Assembly: GCA_965279115.1 (NCBI GenBank)
Contig: OZ257137.1
Coordinates: forward strand, 433,847-497,846
Length of the DNA stretch: 64,000 nucleotides
Source: Burkholderiales bacterium
GTDB lineage: Bacteria; Pseudomonadota; Gammaproteobacteria; Burkholderiales; JAEUOS01
Direction of reading: 5' to 3'
Made by a program: the position numbers and the translations under genes. Shown piece after piece: positions 9,203 through 18,372 of the stretch. The number at the start of each line of letters is the position of its first letter. The stretch's first letter is position 1. Under the pieces are notes generated by a model. That model did not search any database. It was not told the DNA's origin and saw only the letters and a list, made by a program, of their open reading frames with translations.

Positions 9203-10011
9203 AAATCGCCTTCATCGGCGGTGGCAACATGGCCACCGCGCTCATCGGCGGCATGAAAGCCAAGGGCTTCGATGCCGCCAACGTGACCGTGGTCGAGCCC
9301 TTCGAGGCGGGCCGCGAAAAGATCGCCCGTGAATTTGGCGTGACCGCGATCGCCGCGCCGGACGCCAGCCTCGCGGACGCGGCGCTGGTGGTCATGGCGG
9401 TCAAGCCGCAAAACATGCGCGAGGCCACCACGGCATTGGCTCCATTCATCCGCAACCAGACGGTGCTTTCGATCGCCGCCGGTACGCGCCTGGCGGACCT
9501 GAAACGCTGGCTGGGCGGCCACTCGAAGCTGGTGCGCACCATGCCCAACACGCCGGCCCTGATCGGCCAGGGCATCACGGCGCTTTTTGCCGCGCCCGGC
9601 GTAGAGGTATCACGCCGCGCGGAAGCCGAAACCGTCCTCGCCGCCGTCGGCCAGACCGTCTGGGTCGACAGCGAAGAATTGCTCGACCCGGTCACCGCGC
9701 TTTCAGGTAGCGGGCCGGCCTACGTGTTCTTTTTCCTCGAAGCCCTGCAGTCCGGTGGCGAAGCCTTGGGCCTGGAAGCCGAAACCGCCCGTCGCCTGGC
9801 CCTCCAAACCGTCGTCGGCGCCGCCCAGCTCGCCGCCAACTCGCCCGAAAGCTTCGCGACGCTGCGTGAACGCGTCACCTCCAAGGGTGGCACGACGTTC
9901 GCGGCGCTGGAAGTGATGCGCGCGCGGGACATCCCGGGGGCAATCGGTGCGGCGATGCGGGCGGCGAGCGACCGGGGGCGTGAAATGGGGGAGACGCTGG
10001 GAAAGGATTGA
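9199..10011 (+). CDS. proC: pyrroline-5-carboxylate reductase
   Basis: MKIAFIGGGNMATALIGG Rossmann N-terminus and C-terminal SKGGTTFAALEVM motif. ATGA overlap with yggS. Confidence 0.95.
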   Translation: MKIAFIGGGNMATALIGGMKAKGFDAANVTVVEPFEAGREKIAREFGVTAIAAPDASLADAALVVMAVKPQNMREATTALAPFIRNQTVLSIAAGTRLADLKRWLGGHSKLVRTMPNTPALIGQGITALFAAPGVEVSRRAEAETVLAAVGQTVWVDSEELLDPVTALSGSGPAYVFFFLEALQSGGEALGLEAETARRLALQTVVGAAQLAANSPESFATLRERVTSKGGTTFAALEVMRARDIPGAIGAAMRAASDRGREMGETLGKD

Positions 10012-10031
10012 GCCTGCCTTGGCGGCCCGTC

Positions 10032-11030
10032 CTAGTTCTTCTTGGTGTCGATGCCGGCGGCCTTGATGGCCGCGGTCCACTGAGGGCGCTCGGCGGCCAT
10101 CATGCGATTGAAGTCTTGCGCCGGCAACACCATGGGATCGAAGCTCATTTCCCTCATGCGGCGCAAGAAAGTTGCGTCCTTGGCCAGCGCGAGGACCTCA
10201 CGTTCGAGGAAATCCTGGGTTTCCCTGGGCGTTGCCGCGGGCATGAACACGCCGTACCAGTTGACGATGTCGAGGTTGGACAAGCCCGCCTCCGCGAGTG
10301 TGGGCACGTCGGCAAAGGCCTCGAGCCGGTTCGATTCCAGGGTGGCAAGAGCGCGCAGGCGCCCGGACTTCACGTGCTCCTTCACCGACTCGGCCGACTG
10401 CACCAGCATCTGCACCTCGCCGCCGAGCAGGCCCACCACCGCCGGCCCGCTGCCCTTGTAGGGAACGTGGGTCATCTGCATGCCCGCGTTGGCGCACACG
10501 ATCTCGGCGATCAGGTGCAGGGTGTTGCCCAGGCCGGGCGACCCGAAGTTGAGCTTCTTCGGCTCCGCCCTGGCCAGCGCGACCAGTTCGCGCAGCGTGC
10601 TGGCCTTGACGTTGCTGTTGATCACCAGCACCGCCGGATTGCGCCCCACCAGACCCGCAGTCGCCAGGTCGCGCCGTGCGTCGTAGGCCGGCCTGGGCTC
10701 GAAATTGTCGGCCACCGTGATCGGCGTGGGTGGCGAGAACAGCAGCGTGTGCCCGTCGGGCGCTGCGCGCACCACGCCCAGTGTGGCCACCTGGCCCGAG
10801 GCCCCGGCGATGTTCTCCACCACCACCTGGTAGCCGATGCGCTGCGACCAGATCGTAGCCACCAGGCGCGCCACATGATCGGGCCCGCCGCCCGGCGGCG
10901 ACGGGACGACCAGCTTCACCGGCCGCGTCGGAAAGCGTGGTGCCTGCGCGAAGGCAGGCGCCGCGGCCAGCGCGAGCCCCGATCGCAGCACGCGCCGGCG
11001 TGCCTGGCACGGTGGCGTGTCAACGGCCAT
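10032..11030 (-). CDS. Bug family tripartite tricarboxylate transporter (TTT) substrate-binding protein
   Basis: Signal peptide then FPTRPVKLVVPSPPGGGPD..VVENIAGASG, the Bug family signature. ATG at 11030 is preceded by GGAGGAG. The longer track ORF (to 11327) is an out-of-frame read-through of the His-repeat DNA. Confidence 0.85.
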   Translation of the reverse strand: MAVDTPPCQARRRVLRSGLALAAAPAFAQAPRFPTRPVKLVVPSPPGGGPDHVARLVATIWSQRIGYQVVVENIAGASGQVATLGVVRAAPDGHTLLFSPPTPITVADNFEPRPAYDARRDLATAGLVGRNPAVLVINSNVKASTLRELVALARAEPKKLNFGSPGLGNTLHLIAEIVCANAGMQMTHVPYKGSGPAVVGLLGGEVQMLVQSAESVKEHVKSGRLRALATLESNRLEAFADVPTLAEAGLSNLDIVNWYGVFMPAATPRETQDFLEREVLALAKDATFLRRMREMSFDPMVLPAQDFNRMMAAERPQWTAAIKAAGIDTKKN

Positions 11031-12531
11031 GGTCTCCTCCCCGGCGCGAGCCGCGATTTTGCGCCTTGTCGTGCTTGTGCTCATGCTCATGCCGGTGGCC
11101 GTGGTCATGCCCATGATCGTGGGAATGGTCGTGGACATGCCCGTGATCGTGCGGGTGATCATGGTGATGCGAATGCCCGTGATCGTGGCCTTCCGCGTGC
11201 CCATGCGGATGCTCGTGGCCATGCGCGCGCGCCTGCGGGTGGCTGTGGCGATGATGGATCTGCTCGCCCAGGATGCCGGGGCGCGCGCCTTCGTGATGGT
11301 CGCGCAGGTAGTGCTGGCGCAGCACATCGGCCCCGTAGTCGTTGCCGTTGGGCGTACGCACGATGGTATGAATGTGGAACTTGGCCGGATGCTCGTTGGT
11401 GAGGAACACGCCTGAATGATGGTCGAACTCGATCATCACCACCGGGCTCTGGATGCGGTAGTAAAAGGTGTCTTCCTCGCCGGTGCCGCCGATCCAGCAA
11501 AAGCGCGTCGCGTCGAGATGGCGCTCGATCTCCTCGATCCGGGCGGTGCGGGGCCCCTCGGGCAGGGGCTCGACGTATGCATTGATGAGGTCCAGCAGGC
11601 GACGCCGCTGCGATGCTGAAAAGCCGCTCACCTCGAGGCCTTCGTAGGGAACGATCCGGTTGTCCTGGAATGCCCCGCCCAGATGCAGCTGGTCGGCCGG
11701 GTGGCGGCGTCCCGCCGGCAAGTCGCCGCCCACGCACGATTGGTACACCACCGCGTGTCGGCGCTGCTCGGCCGACAACGCGCGCATCAATTCGAGCCCG
11801 CCATTCTCCTCGTCCTGGAACAGGCGCTTTCCGGCCCATGGTCCGGTATCGATATAGTTGGGTTCGGCCCCCATGAAGGTGGGTGACAGCACCAACTGCC
11901 CGCGAACCACGAGGCAGTTGAGCGCCAGGTGGTGCCCCATCAGCTGCCATCCCCAGGCCGCCTCCGTCGACGGCATGCCGAAGAGCGTGAAGTTGTAACT
12001 CAATTCCCCGAGAACCTTCGTGTTTCCGGCGAGCTCGCCGAGAAAGTGGTTGAAACGCATCACGTCGCGGGTCTTGTCGTAGCCGCGTGCGCTCAAGGAC
12101 GCCCGAATCAGCGCGAGGATCGCCTGCAGCACTCCCTCCGACACCTCTTCGAGGCGCAGGCCGTGCTTGTAGGTGTACATCTCGGTGTTGTTCCAGCGGC
12201 GCCACTCGCGGGCGTCGATGGGCAGCATGAGCGCCTGTCGCAGCTCGGGCGACAGGGTGTCGATGAGCGCGCCGGCCGCGCGCGCCATCGCCTCGGAGGG
12301 CGCGCCATTGGGAGCAAGCGTGAAGAGCCCTTGCAGGGGATGGCCATCGGTGGTCACCCCGACATACGGCTCGTGGTACAGCTTGTCCCAGGGGACGAAC
12401 AGCAGGTCGCGCGGACGCGGGTTGACCAGCCCCGCGGCACCATGTGCATGGGCATCACGGCCCTGCAGCGCGGCTACCCTGGGATACGCCAGGGTCGGCA
12501 CAAACGGCCGGAAATCACGGGTGTTTGCCAT
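11020..12531 (-). CDS. DUF3500 domain-containing protein with C-terminal histidine-rich (HxH/HDHGH) tail
   Basis: The core resembles DUF3500 proteins (WGWQLMGHHLALNCLV, YYRIQSPVVMIEFDHH, HIHTIVRTPNGNDYG). ATG 12531 is preceded by GGAGGAG. About 30 His occur in the last ~90 residues. The stop overlaps the downstream Bug gene by 11 nt. Confidence 0.7.
   Translation of the reverse strand: MANTRDFRPFVPTLAYPRVAALQGRDAHAHGAAGLVNPRPRDLLFVPWDKLYHEPYVGVTTDGHPLQGLFTLAPNGAPSEAMARAAGALIDTLSPELRQALMLPIDAREWRRWNNTEMYTYKHGLRLEEVSEGVLQAILALIRASLSARGYDKTRDVMRFNHFLGELAGNTKVLGELSYNFTLFGMPSTEAAWGWQLMGHHLALNCLVVRGQLVLSPTFMGAEPNYIDTGPWAGKRLFQDEENGGLELMRALSAEQRRHAVVYQSCVGGDLPAGRRHPADQLHLGGAFQDNRIVPYEGLEVSGFSASQRRRLLDLINAYVEPLPEGPRTARIEEIERHLDATRFCWIGGTGEEDTFYYRIQSPVVMIEFDHHSGVFLTNEHPAKFHIHTIVRTPNGNDYGADVLRQHYLRDHHEGARPGILGEQIHHRHSHPQARAHGHEHPHGHAEGHDHGHSHHHDHPHDHGHVHDHSHDHGHDHGHRHEHEHKHDKAQNRGSRRGGDHGR
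11023..11298 (-). repeat. imperfect tandem coding repeats (units related to ATGCCCGTGATCGTG on the + strand) encoding the His-rich tail
   Basis: catgcccatgatcgtgg / catgcccgtgatcgtgc / aatgcccgtgatcgtgg recur within 11100-11190. Translation gives HDHGH-type repeats. Confidence 0.7.
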
Positions 12532-12566
12532 GCTGCTCCTCCGCTGATCCTGCTGACCTGGGCACC

Positions 12567-13556
12567 TTACTCGAGTTTCACGCCGGTCTGCTTGATCACC
12601 GCGCCCCATTTGGCACGCTCGGCATCAAGAAAGGCCGAGTATTCCGCGGGCGTGCTGCCGACCGATTCACTCACCGTTTCGCGCCGCTGCGCGATGATCT
12701 CCGGCACCTTGGCTACCTGCGCGATGGCGGCGCTGACGCGGTTGACAATGGCCTGCGGCGTGCCGGCCGGCGCCAGGAGGCCGATCCACACCAGCGGATC
12801 ATAGGTCGCGAGTCCGGCCTCGCCAAAGGTCGGCACATCGGGAAATGTCGGGTGCCGCGCCTTGCCGGAAATGGCGAGCACGCGCAGCCGGCCGGCGCGC
12901 ACGTTGCCCATCACCGGGGCGAGCGCCTCGTAGATCGCGGAGATCTGCCCGGACAGCAGGTCGTTGAACGGCGTCGAGGTGTTGTAGTGGATGAACTTGA
13001 ACTCGGCCCCGGTCACCATCCCGAACCAGGCGCCGGCGAGGTGCGTGGCCGTACCTACCCCGAGCGTACCGGCATTCGAGTAGGCCGCATTGGACTTTAC
13101 GAGTGCGACGTAAGCAGCCACGTTCTGCGCCGGTACGGCCGCATTGACTGTCAGCGCATAGGCGGTGGTCGAGATCAGGCTGATCGGAATCAGGTCGCGC
13201 TTGGCATCGTAGGGCAGGTTCGAATACAGGATTGGGCCGGTGACAAGCGCCGTCGGCGATCCGACCAGGAAGGTGTAGCCGTCAGGCGCGGACTTGACTA
13301 CCGCCTCGGTGGCGATGCGCCCGGCTGCACCCGGGCGATTGTCGATGACCACCGTCTGCCCTAGCAGTTGTCCCAGGCGTGGTGCCATCTGCCGCACATC
13401 GACATCCGGCCCCGATCCCGGCGGGGTCGGCACGATGAAGCGGATCGGCTTGTTCGGATAGTCCTGCGCGACCGCTGATGTCATCAGGCCGACCGCAAGA
13501 GCCACCAGCGCCATGCCCGCCAATCGCCTGCCTGTGCTGCGTGTGAAGGTTTTCAT
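12567..13556 (-). CDS. Bug family TTT substrate-binding protein
   Basis: Signal peptide MKTFTRSTGRRLAGMALVALAVGLMTSAVA then YPNKPIRFIVPTPPGSGPD..VIDNRPGAAG. Internal ATG 13556 of track ORF 12567..13730. Confidence 0.85.
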   Translation of the reverse strand: MKTFTRSTGRRLAGMALVALAVGLMTSAVAQDYPNKPIRFIVPTPPGSGPDVDVRQMAPRLGQLLGQTVVIDNRPGAAGRIATEAVVKSAPDGYTFLVGSPTALVTGPILYSNLPYDAKRDLIPISLISTTAYALTVNAAVPAQNVAAYVALVKSNAAYSNAGTLGVGTATHLAGAWFGMVTGAEFKFIHYNTSTPFNDLLSGQISAIYEALAPVMGNVRAGRLRVLAISGKARHPTFPDVPTFGEAGLATYDPLVWIGLLAPAGTPQAIVNRVSAAIAQVAKVPEIIAQRRETVSESVGSTPAEYSAFLDAERAKWGAVIKQTGVKLE

Positions 13557-13614
13557 GTTTGTCTCCCGAGTTTTGGTTGATTCGTAAGGTCCACCAAGCC
13601 GCGCTGCCCTTGCC

Positions 13615-15225
13615 TCAGTGCACCCGGACAACGTTGCCCGGGCGCGCCTTCCATTCGTGCAACAACCGATGCGCGCCGGCGGGCGCAGCGAAGCCACCGA
13701 ACACGTAGTGATCCGGCCGCACCAGCGCACCGATGCAACCGGCCGCCTCCAGCCACGTGCGCAGCAGCCTGTCCTTCTCCTCTACCAGGAGGACACCACC
13801 CGCCTCGTGCGTGCTGGGTCCGACGAGAATCGCCTGTACGGCTTGGCTTGCTGCCAGTTCCGCAATCGCACGAAGATCGGCTTCGGACGCCGCCGAAGAA
13901 AGCACCAGCCGCCATTCGGGTCCGGTCACATCATCCAGCATCACAGCACTGCCACTGGCATCACGCACGACCGGCTGCGGAAACACCTTGCCCGCCAGGG
14001 GCGCCTCTGCTGACACCAGGCCCGCCGCGAGGCCGGGGATGAGTTCCTGGCGATACAAGAGGCGCGGCGCACCGCCACCTTCGGCCAGCATGCGCGCGTC
14101 GCGTGCTTGCGCAAGCCCGGGATCACGTTCCGAAATGATGCGCCCGAACTCCTTGGCCCGCCGCGTGGTCTCGACCACATGCGGTCGACGCTCCTCGGTG
14201 TAGGTATCGAGCAATCGCGCATCCGCACCGCGACGCAGCACCCGCTCGAGCTTCCATGCAAGGTTGCCGACGTCGCGCAGCCCCTGACACATGCCCTGTC
14301 CCAGAAAGGGCGGCGTCATGTGCGCGCTGTCGCCAGCCAGCAGCACCCGGCCGCGCCGCCAGTCGCGTGCCACCAGCGCATGAAACTCATAGGCGGCAGC
14401 GCGCCAGATGCGCGCCTGCCCGGGCTTGAGCCAGCGCGACAGCAGGCGCCACAGCCGCTCCTCCCCCACCTCACCGCTGGCAGCCTCACCGGGCAGGGTC
14501 ATGAACTCCCAGCGCCGGTGGTTGCCGGGACAGGTGATGAAGGTGCTTGGCCGTTCCGGCTGGCAATACTGCACGTTGGTGGCAGGCAGTTGCGCCAGGA
14601 ACTCGTCCCCGACCATCACGTCGACGACGATCCATGGTTCGTCGTAGTCGAAGCTTTCGAGTTCGATGCCGAGCCTGCGGCGCACCTGACTGGACGCACC
14701 GTCACAGGCGACCACATAGGCGGCGCTGCAGGAGGATGCCAGCCCATCATCGGCACGCAGTTCGAGCCTGACGATGCCGCCTTCGTCATTCAAGCCTGCC
14801 AGTTCGCAGCCGAGCGCCACGTCCACGCACGGAAATCCGGCCACTGCCGCACGCAGCACTGCCTCGATACCCGGCTGGTCGCAGGTGTAGTTGGGCTCCC
14901 AGGTCAGGGGATAGGGTGGCGGAATGCGACGTACCCGCTGGATCAGCCGCCCGCCGACACCGAAATACTCCGCGTCCCGAAATGGCGCGATATGCGGCGC
15001 CAATGCCTCGGCCGCGCCGATGCGCTGGAAGATGCGCATCGCGTCATGGTCGAACCCCACTGCGCGCGGCTGTGCGAAGACTTCGCGCGATTTCTCGATG
15101 ACGGCTACCGTGAGCCCGTAACGCCCCAGCAGCCCCGCCAGCGTGACGCCGACCGGTCCGTAGCCGATGACAGCGACGTCATAATGCTTGCCGTTCGGTA
15201 TCGACGAAATTGCTGCGGCGCACAT
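13615..15225 (-). CDS. FAD-dependent aromatic monooxygenase (MhpA / 3-(3-hydroxyphenyl)propionate hydroxylase-like)
   Basis: YDVAVIGYGPVGVTLAGLL (GxGxxG), CDGASSQVRR and GDSAHMTPPFLGQGMCQGLRD flavoprotein hydroxylase motifs. ATG at 15225. The track ORF extends spuriously to 15774. Confidence 0.8.
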   Translation of the reverse strand: MCAAAISSIPNGKHYDVAVIGYGPVGVTLAGLLGRYGLTVAVIEKSREVFAQPRAVGFDHDAMRIFQRIGAAEALAPHIAPFRDAEYFGVGGRLIQRVRRIPPPYPLTWEPNYTCDQPGIEAVLRAAVAGFPCVDVALGCELAGLNDEGGIVRLELRADDGLASSCSAAYVVACDGASSQVRRRLGIELESFDYDEPWIVVDVMVGDEFLAQLPATNVQYCQPERPSTFITCPGNHRRWEFMTLPGEAASGEVGEERLWRLLSRWLKPGQARIWRAAAYEFHALVARDWRRGRVLLAGDSAHMTPPFLGQGMCQGLRDVGNLAWKLERVLRRGADARLLDTYTEERRPHVVETTRRAKEFGRIISERDPGLAQARDARMLAEGGGAPRLLYRQELIPGLAAGLVSAEAPLAGKVFPQPVVRDASGSAVMLDDVTGPEWRLVLSSAASEADLRAIAELAASQAVQAILVGPSTHEAGGVLLVEEKDRLLRTWLEAAGCIGALVRPDHYVFGGFAAPAGAHRLLHEWKARPGNVVRVH

Positions 15226-15358
15226 TGCGAATCCATCCCCAGTCTTCCGCGCGGGCGAACTCGTCCGCGCACCTGCCACATGGCGCGGCAAGATTAGCCA
15301 GCACGCGTTTGCACGTCCAATGAAAGATATTGCGCCCCGCGTTGCAAGGAATTGAACA

Positions 15359-16276
15359 ATGACCAAACGCCCGCACAAACTCTCGCTCGACAACCTGCGC
15401 GTGCTCGACGCCATCGAGCGACACGGCTCGTTCGCAGCCGCCGCGCAGGAACTTTGCGTGGTGACCTCCTCGGTCACCCATGTCATCCGCAACATCGAGC
15501 AGAACCTCGGACTCACGCTGTTCGACCGCTCCGGCCGCAGCGCGCGCTTCACCACCGACGGCAGGCTGCTGCTGGAAAAGGGCCGGCGCCTCCTGCAACG
15601 CGCCGCAGAATTCGATGAAGAGGTGCAACTGCTGGCTACCGGCTGGGAAACCTCGCTCACCCTGGCGCTCGACCAGCCCATCCGCATGGACGCACTGGTG
15701 CCGCTGTTCGAATCCTTCTGCGCGGAGGCCACCGGCACGTCGCTGCATGTCAAGCGCGAGGCGGTGGCGGGCACCTGGGATTCCCTGCTCTCCGGCCGTG
15801 CCGATCTTGCGGTGGGGGCGCCGGCGGGCGGCCCGCCGGGCGGCGGCTACGAAACCCTGCCGCTGTATCGAATCAAGTTCGTCTTCGCGGTGGCACCCGG
15901 CCACCCGCTGGCCCTGTTGAAGGGCCTGATACCGAGCAGCGAAATCGCCCGCCACCGCTCGGTGATCGTCGCCGACACCACGCGCCAGTTGCCGCGCCTG
16001 CCGCGCAGCCTGCTCGACAGTCGCAACTGCCTCTCCGTGCCGGATGCCGAGACCAAGCTGGGCGCCATCCTCGCCGGCATCGGCTGCGGCTTCCTGCCCC
16101 ACAAGATGGCCCAGCCGCATCTGAAGGCCGGACGATTGGTCGCATTGAAGTCGGAAACGCCGCCGCCGCCGACCCAGGCCATGCTGGCATGGCGCGCCGG
16201 CGAAAACGGCCGGGCGCTGCAGTGGTGGATCAAGGCACTCACCCGGCCGGGACTGGCCGAGAAGTTGTTTTACTGA
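15359..16276 (+). CDS. LysR family transcriptional regulator
   Basis: N-terminal wHTH (LRVLDAIERHGSFAAAAQELCVVTSSVTHVIRNIEQNLGLTLFDRSGR). Divergent from the monooxygenase gene. Confidence 0.9.
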   Translation: MTKRPHKLSLDNLRVLDAIERHGSFAAAAQELCVVTSSVTHVIRNIEQNLGLTLFDRSGRSARFTTDGRLLLEKGRRLLQRAAEFDEEVQLLATGWETSLTLALDQPIRMDALVPLFESFCAEATGTSLHVKREAVAGTWDSLLSGRADLAVGAPAGGPPGGGYETLPLYRIKFVFAVAPGHPLALLKGLIPSSEIARHRSVIVADTTRQLPRLPRSLLDSRNCLSVPDAETKLGAILAGIGCGFLPHKMAQPHLKAGRLVALKSETPPPPTQAMLAWRAGENGRALQWWIKALTRPGLAEKLFY

Positions 16277-16284
16277 GGCCAAAC

Positions 16285-17394
16285 CTACAGAGTGATCACC
16301 GGCTTGATTTCCTGCATGCTTTTCATGCGTTCGAGGGCAAGGTTCACGTCATCGAGCTTGTAGCGCCCCGTGATCATTTTCGCGAACGGGAAGTCGTCCA
16401 GGTGTGTGGAGATGAAATCGAGCGCCAGCGAATAGCTGCGGGCGTCGCCGGAAAACGAGCCGATCACGTTGAGGTTTTTCTTGACGATGAGCGACGGCTG
16501 AAACTCGGTCTTGCCCTCACCTAGTTGTCCCACGATCAGGTAGCGCGCCCCCTTGCGGCACAACTGCAGGCCCTCGACGAATGCCGCCGGCACCCCGGTG
16601 AATTCCAGCACGATATCCGCGCCCCGGCCGCCGGTGTGTTCCTGCACCAGCGCAAGCCGCTCTTCCGGAGTCGTCGAGTCGATGGAGATGCACATGTCGG
16701 CGCCAAACTCGCGCGCCAGGTCCAGTCGCGCCTGCGGCGCACCGATCACGATCACCTTGCGCGCACCGCGCACCCTGGCGTTGGCCGTCGCCAGCAAGCC
16801 CAGCGGGCCTGCTCCCTGGATCACCACCGTCTCGGACGGTTCGATCTGCCCGAGTTGCGACATCGCGTTCATCACCGAGCGCAGGGCGCAACTCGACAGG
16901 CTGGCCAGTTCGTCCGGCACGTTGTCCGGCACCTTCAGGCGCCCGGCCTGCGGCAGCACATAGCCGTATTCCGAGAAACCACCCAGCAGGTATGGCGCCT
17001 CCTCCATGTTTTCGTACATGTAGGCGCGACGGTTGACGCACAGCGTCGGCTTGCGCGCCGTGGTGCAGTAGAAGCAGGTGCCGCAGGCGGTGTGCGTGTA
17101 GAGCACGCGGTCGCCCACACGCAGCGCATTGCCCACCGAATCCTGGTCCGCGCCCTGTCCCAGCCGCAACACCCGTCCGACCATCTCGTGGCCGATGATG
17201 ACCGGCAGGTTCACCTTGAGCGCCAGCGAGCCCTGCCACAGGTGCACATCGGTCCCGCAGATCGAACAGGCCTCGATCTTCACCAGCGCCGCGCCATCTT
17301 CCACGTCGGTTGGTATCGGCACGTTTTCTATCGCAAGCGGCGCCTTGAACTGGCGCAGCACGGCCGCGCGTGAAAATTCCGGAATGGCTGTCAT
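16285..17394 (-). CDS. zinc-binding medium-chain alcohol dehydrogenase family protein
   Basis: Catalytic Zn motif CSICGTDVH..GHEMVGRV, structural Zn Cys cluster CGTCFYC..C, and NAD-binding VIQGAGPLGL. Confidence 0.85.
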   Translation of the reverse strand: MTAIPEFSRAAVLRQFKAPLAIENVPIPTDVEDGAALVKIEACSICGTDVHLWQGSLALKVNLPVIIGHEMVGRVLRLGQGADQDSVGNALRVGDRVLYTHTACGTCFYCTTARKPTLCVNRRAYMYENMEEAPYLLGGFSEYGYVLPQAGRLKVPDNVPDELASLSSCALRSVMNAMSQLGQIEPSETVVIQGAGPLGLLATANARVRGARKVIVIGAPQARLDLAREFGADMCISIDSTTPEERLALVQEHTGGRGADIVLEFTGVPAAFVEGLQLCRKGARYLIVGQLGEGKTEFQPSLIVKKNLNVIGSFSGDARSYSLALDFISTHLDDFPFAKMITGRYKLDDVNLALERMKSMQEIKPVITL

Positions 17395-17438
17395 ATCGAC
17401 CTTGCGATTGGAGTTGAGGCGCTATCTCTCGTGATGCG

Positions 17439-18332
17439 CTAGACGCCCGGCCACATGCGCCAGCGCACGGCATAGTCCGCCGCCATGCCGGCGAAGATCG
17501 CCGCGCCGAGCCAGTTGTTGTGCATGAAGGCCTTGAAGCACCCCTCGCGCGAACGGTCGCGGATCAGGGTGTTGTGATACAGCGCCATGCCCATGGCCAC
17601 GAAAAGGCCAGCGAAGTAAAGCGGCCCCATCGTTCGTTCAAGCCCGATCCAGGCGAGGATCGCGAAGGTGGCGGTGTAGGACAGCATCACCGCGGTAACG
17701 TCGAAGTTGCCGAAGGTGATGGCGGAAGTGCGAATGCCGATCTTGATGTCATCGTCGCGATCGACCATCGCGTATTCGGTGTCGTAGGCGATGGCCCAGA
17801 AGATGTTGGCCAGCAGCAGCAGCCAGGCCACCGGCGGCACGCGGTCGAGCACGGCGGCGAAGCTCATCGGGATGCCGAAGCCGAACGCCACGCCCAGGTA
17901 GGCCTGCGGCAGCGCCAGAAAGCGCTTGGTGAAGGGGTAGCTGATCGCCAGGAACAGCGCCGCCACCGACAGGCCCCATACCAGGTACGAAAGCTTGATG
18001 ATCAGCATGAACGAGCAGGCCGAAAGGATGAGCGCCAGCACAATGGCTTCCTTGCGGCTCACCCGGCCGGTAGTCAGCGGCCGGTCGGCGGTGCGTTTGA
18101 CGTGCCGGTCGAAATCGATGTCGGCATAGTCGTTCATCACACAGCCCGCCGAGCGCATGAGCAAGGTGCCGAAAGCGAAGATCCACACCAGCCACCATGA
18201 CGGGTGCCCGTCGGCAGCGATCCACAGCCCCCAGAAGGTCGGCCACAGAAGCAAGAGCGTGCCGATCGGCTTGTGCAGGCGCATCAGCCTCTCGTAGAGC
18301 GTGAGGCGCTCGGCAATCGCGTTCCAGTTCAT
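17439..18332 (-). CDS. ubiA: 4-hydroxybenzoate octaprenyltransferase
   Basis: [22 protein letters not shown] and [20 protein letters not shown] (Asp-rich prenyltransferase motif). Internal ATG 18332 (MNWNAIAE). Confidence 0.9.
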   Translation of the reverse strand: MNWNAIAERLTLYERLMRLHKPIGTLLLLWPTFWGLWIAADGHPSWWLVWIFAFGTLLMRSAGCVMNDYADIDFDRHVKRTADRPLTTGRVSRKEAIVLALILSACSFMLIIKLSYLVWGLSVAALFLAISYPFTKRFLALPQAYLGVAFGFGIPMSFAAVLDRVPPVAWLLLLANIFWAIAYDTEYAMVDRDDDIKIGIRTSAITFGNFDVTAVMLSYTATFAILAWIGLERTMGPLYFAGLFVAMGMALYHNTLIRDRSREGCFKAFMHNNWLGAAIFAGMAADYAVRWRMWPGV

Positions 18333-18372
18333 GGGGCGCAAGGATAGAGAAAGAACGGAAAGCGCGCCGGGC

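Noticed and set aside
10032-11327. N-terminal 99-aa extension of the Bug protein ORF (MCCASTTCATITKARAP...TITGIRITMITRTITGMST)
   Set aside because: The extension is the His-repeat DNA read in another frame. The Bug signal peptide and a GGAGGAG RBS fit the internal ATG at 11030.
11017-11415. 132-aa Met/Val-rich ORF on the + strand (MPVAVVMPMIVGMVVDMPVIVRVIMVM...)
   Set aside because: It is the antisense reading of the His-codon repeats (GTG/ATG are the complements of CAC/CAT). It is an artefact of the repeat, not an independent gene.
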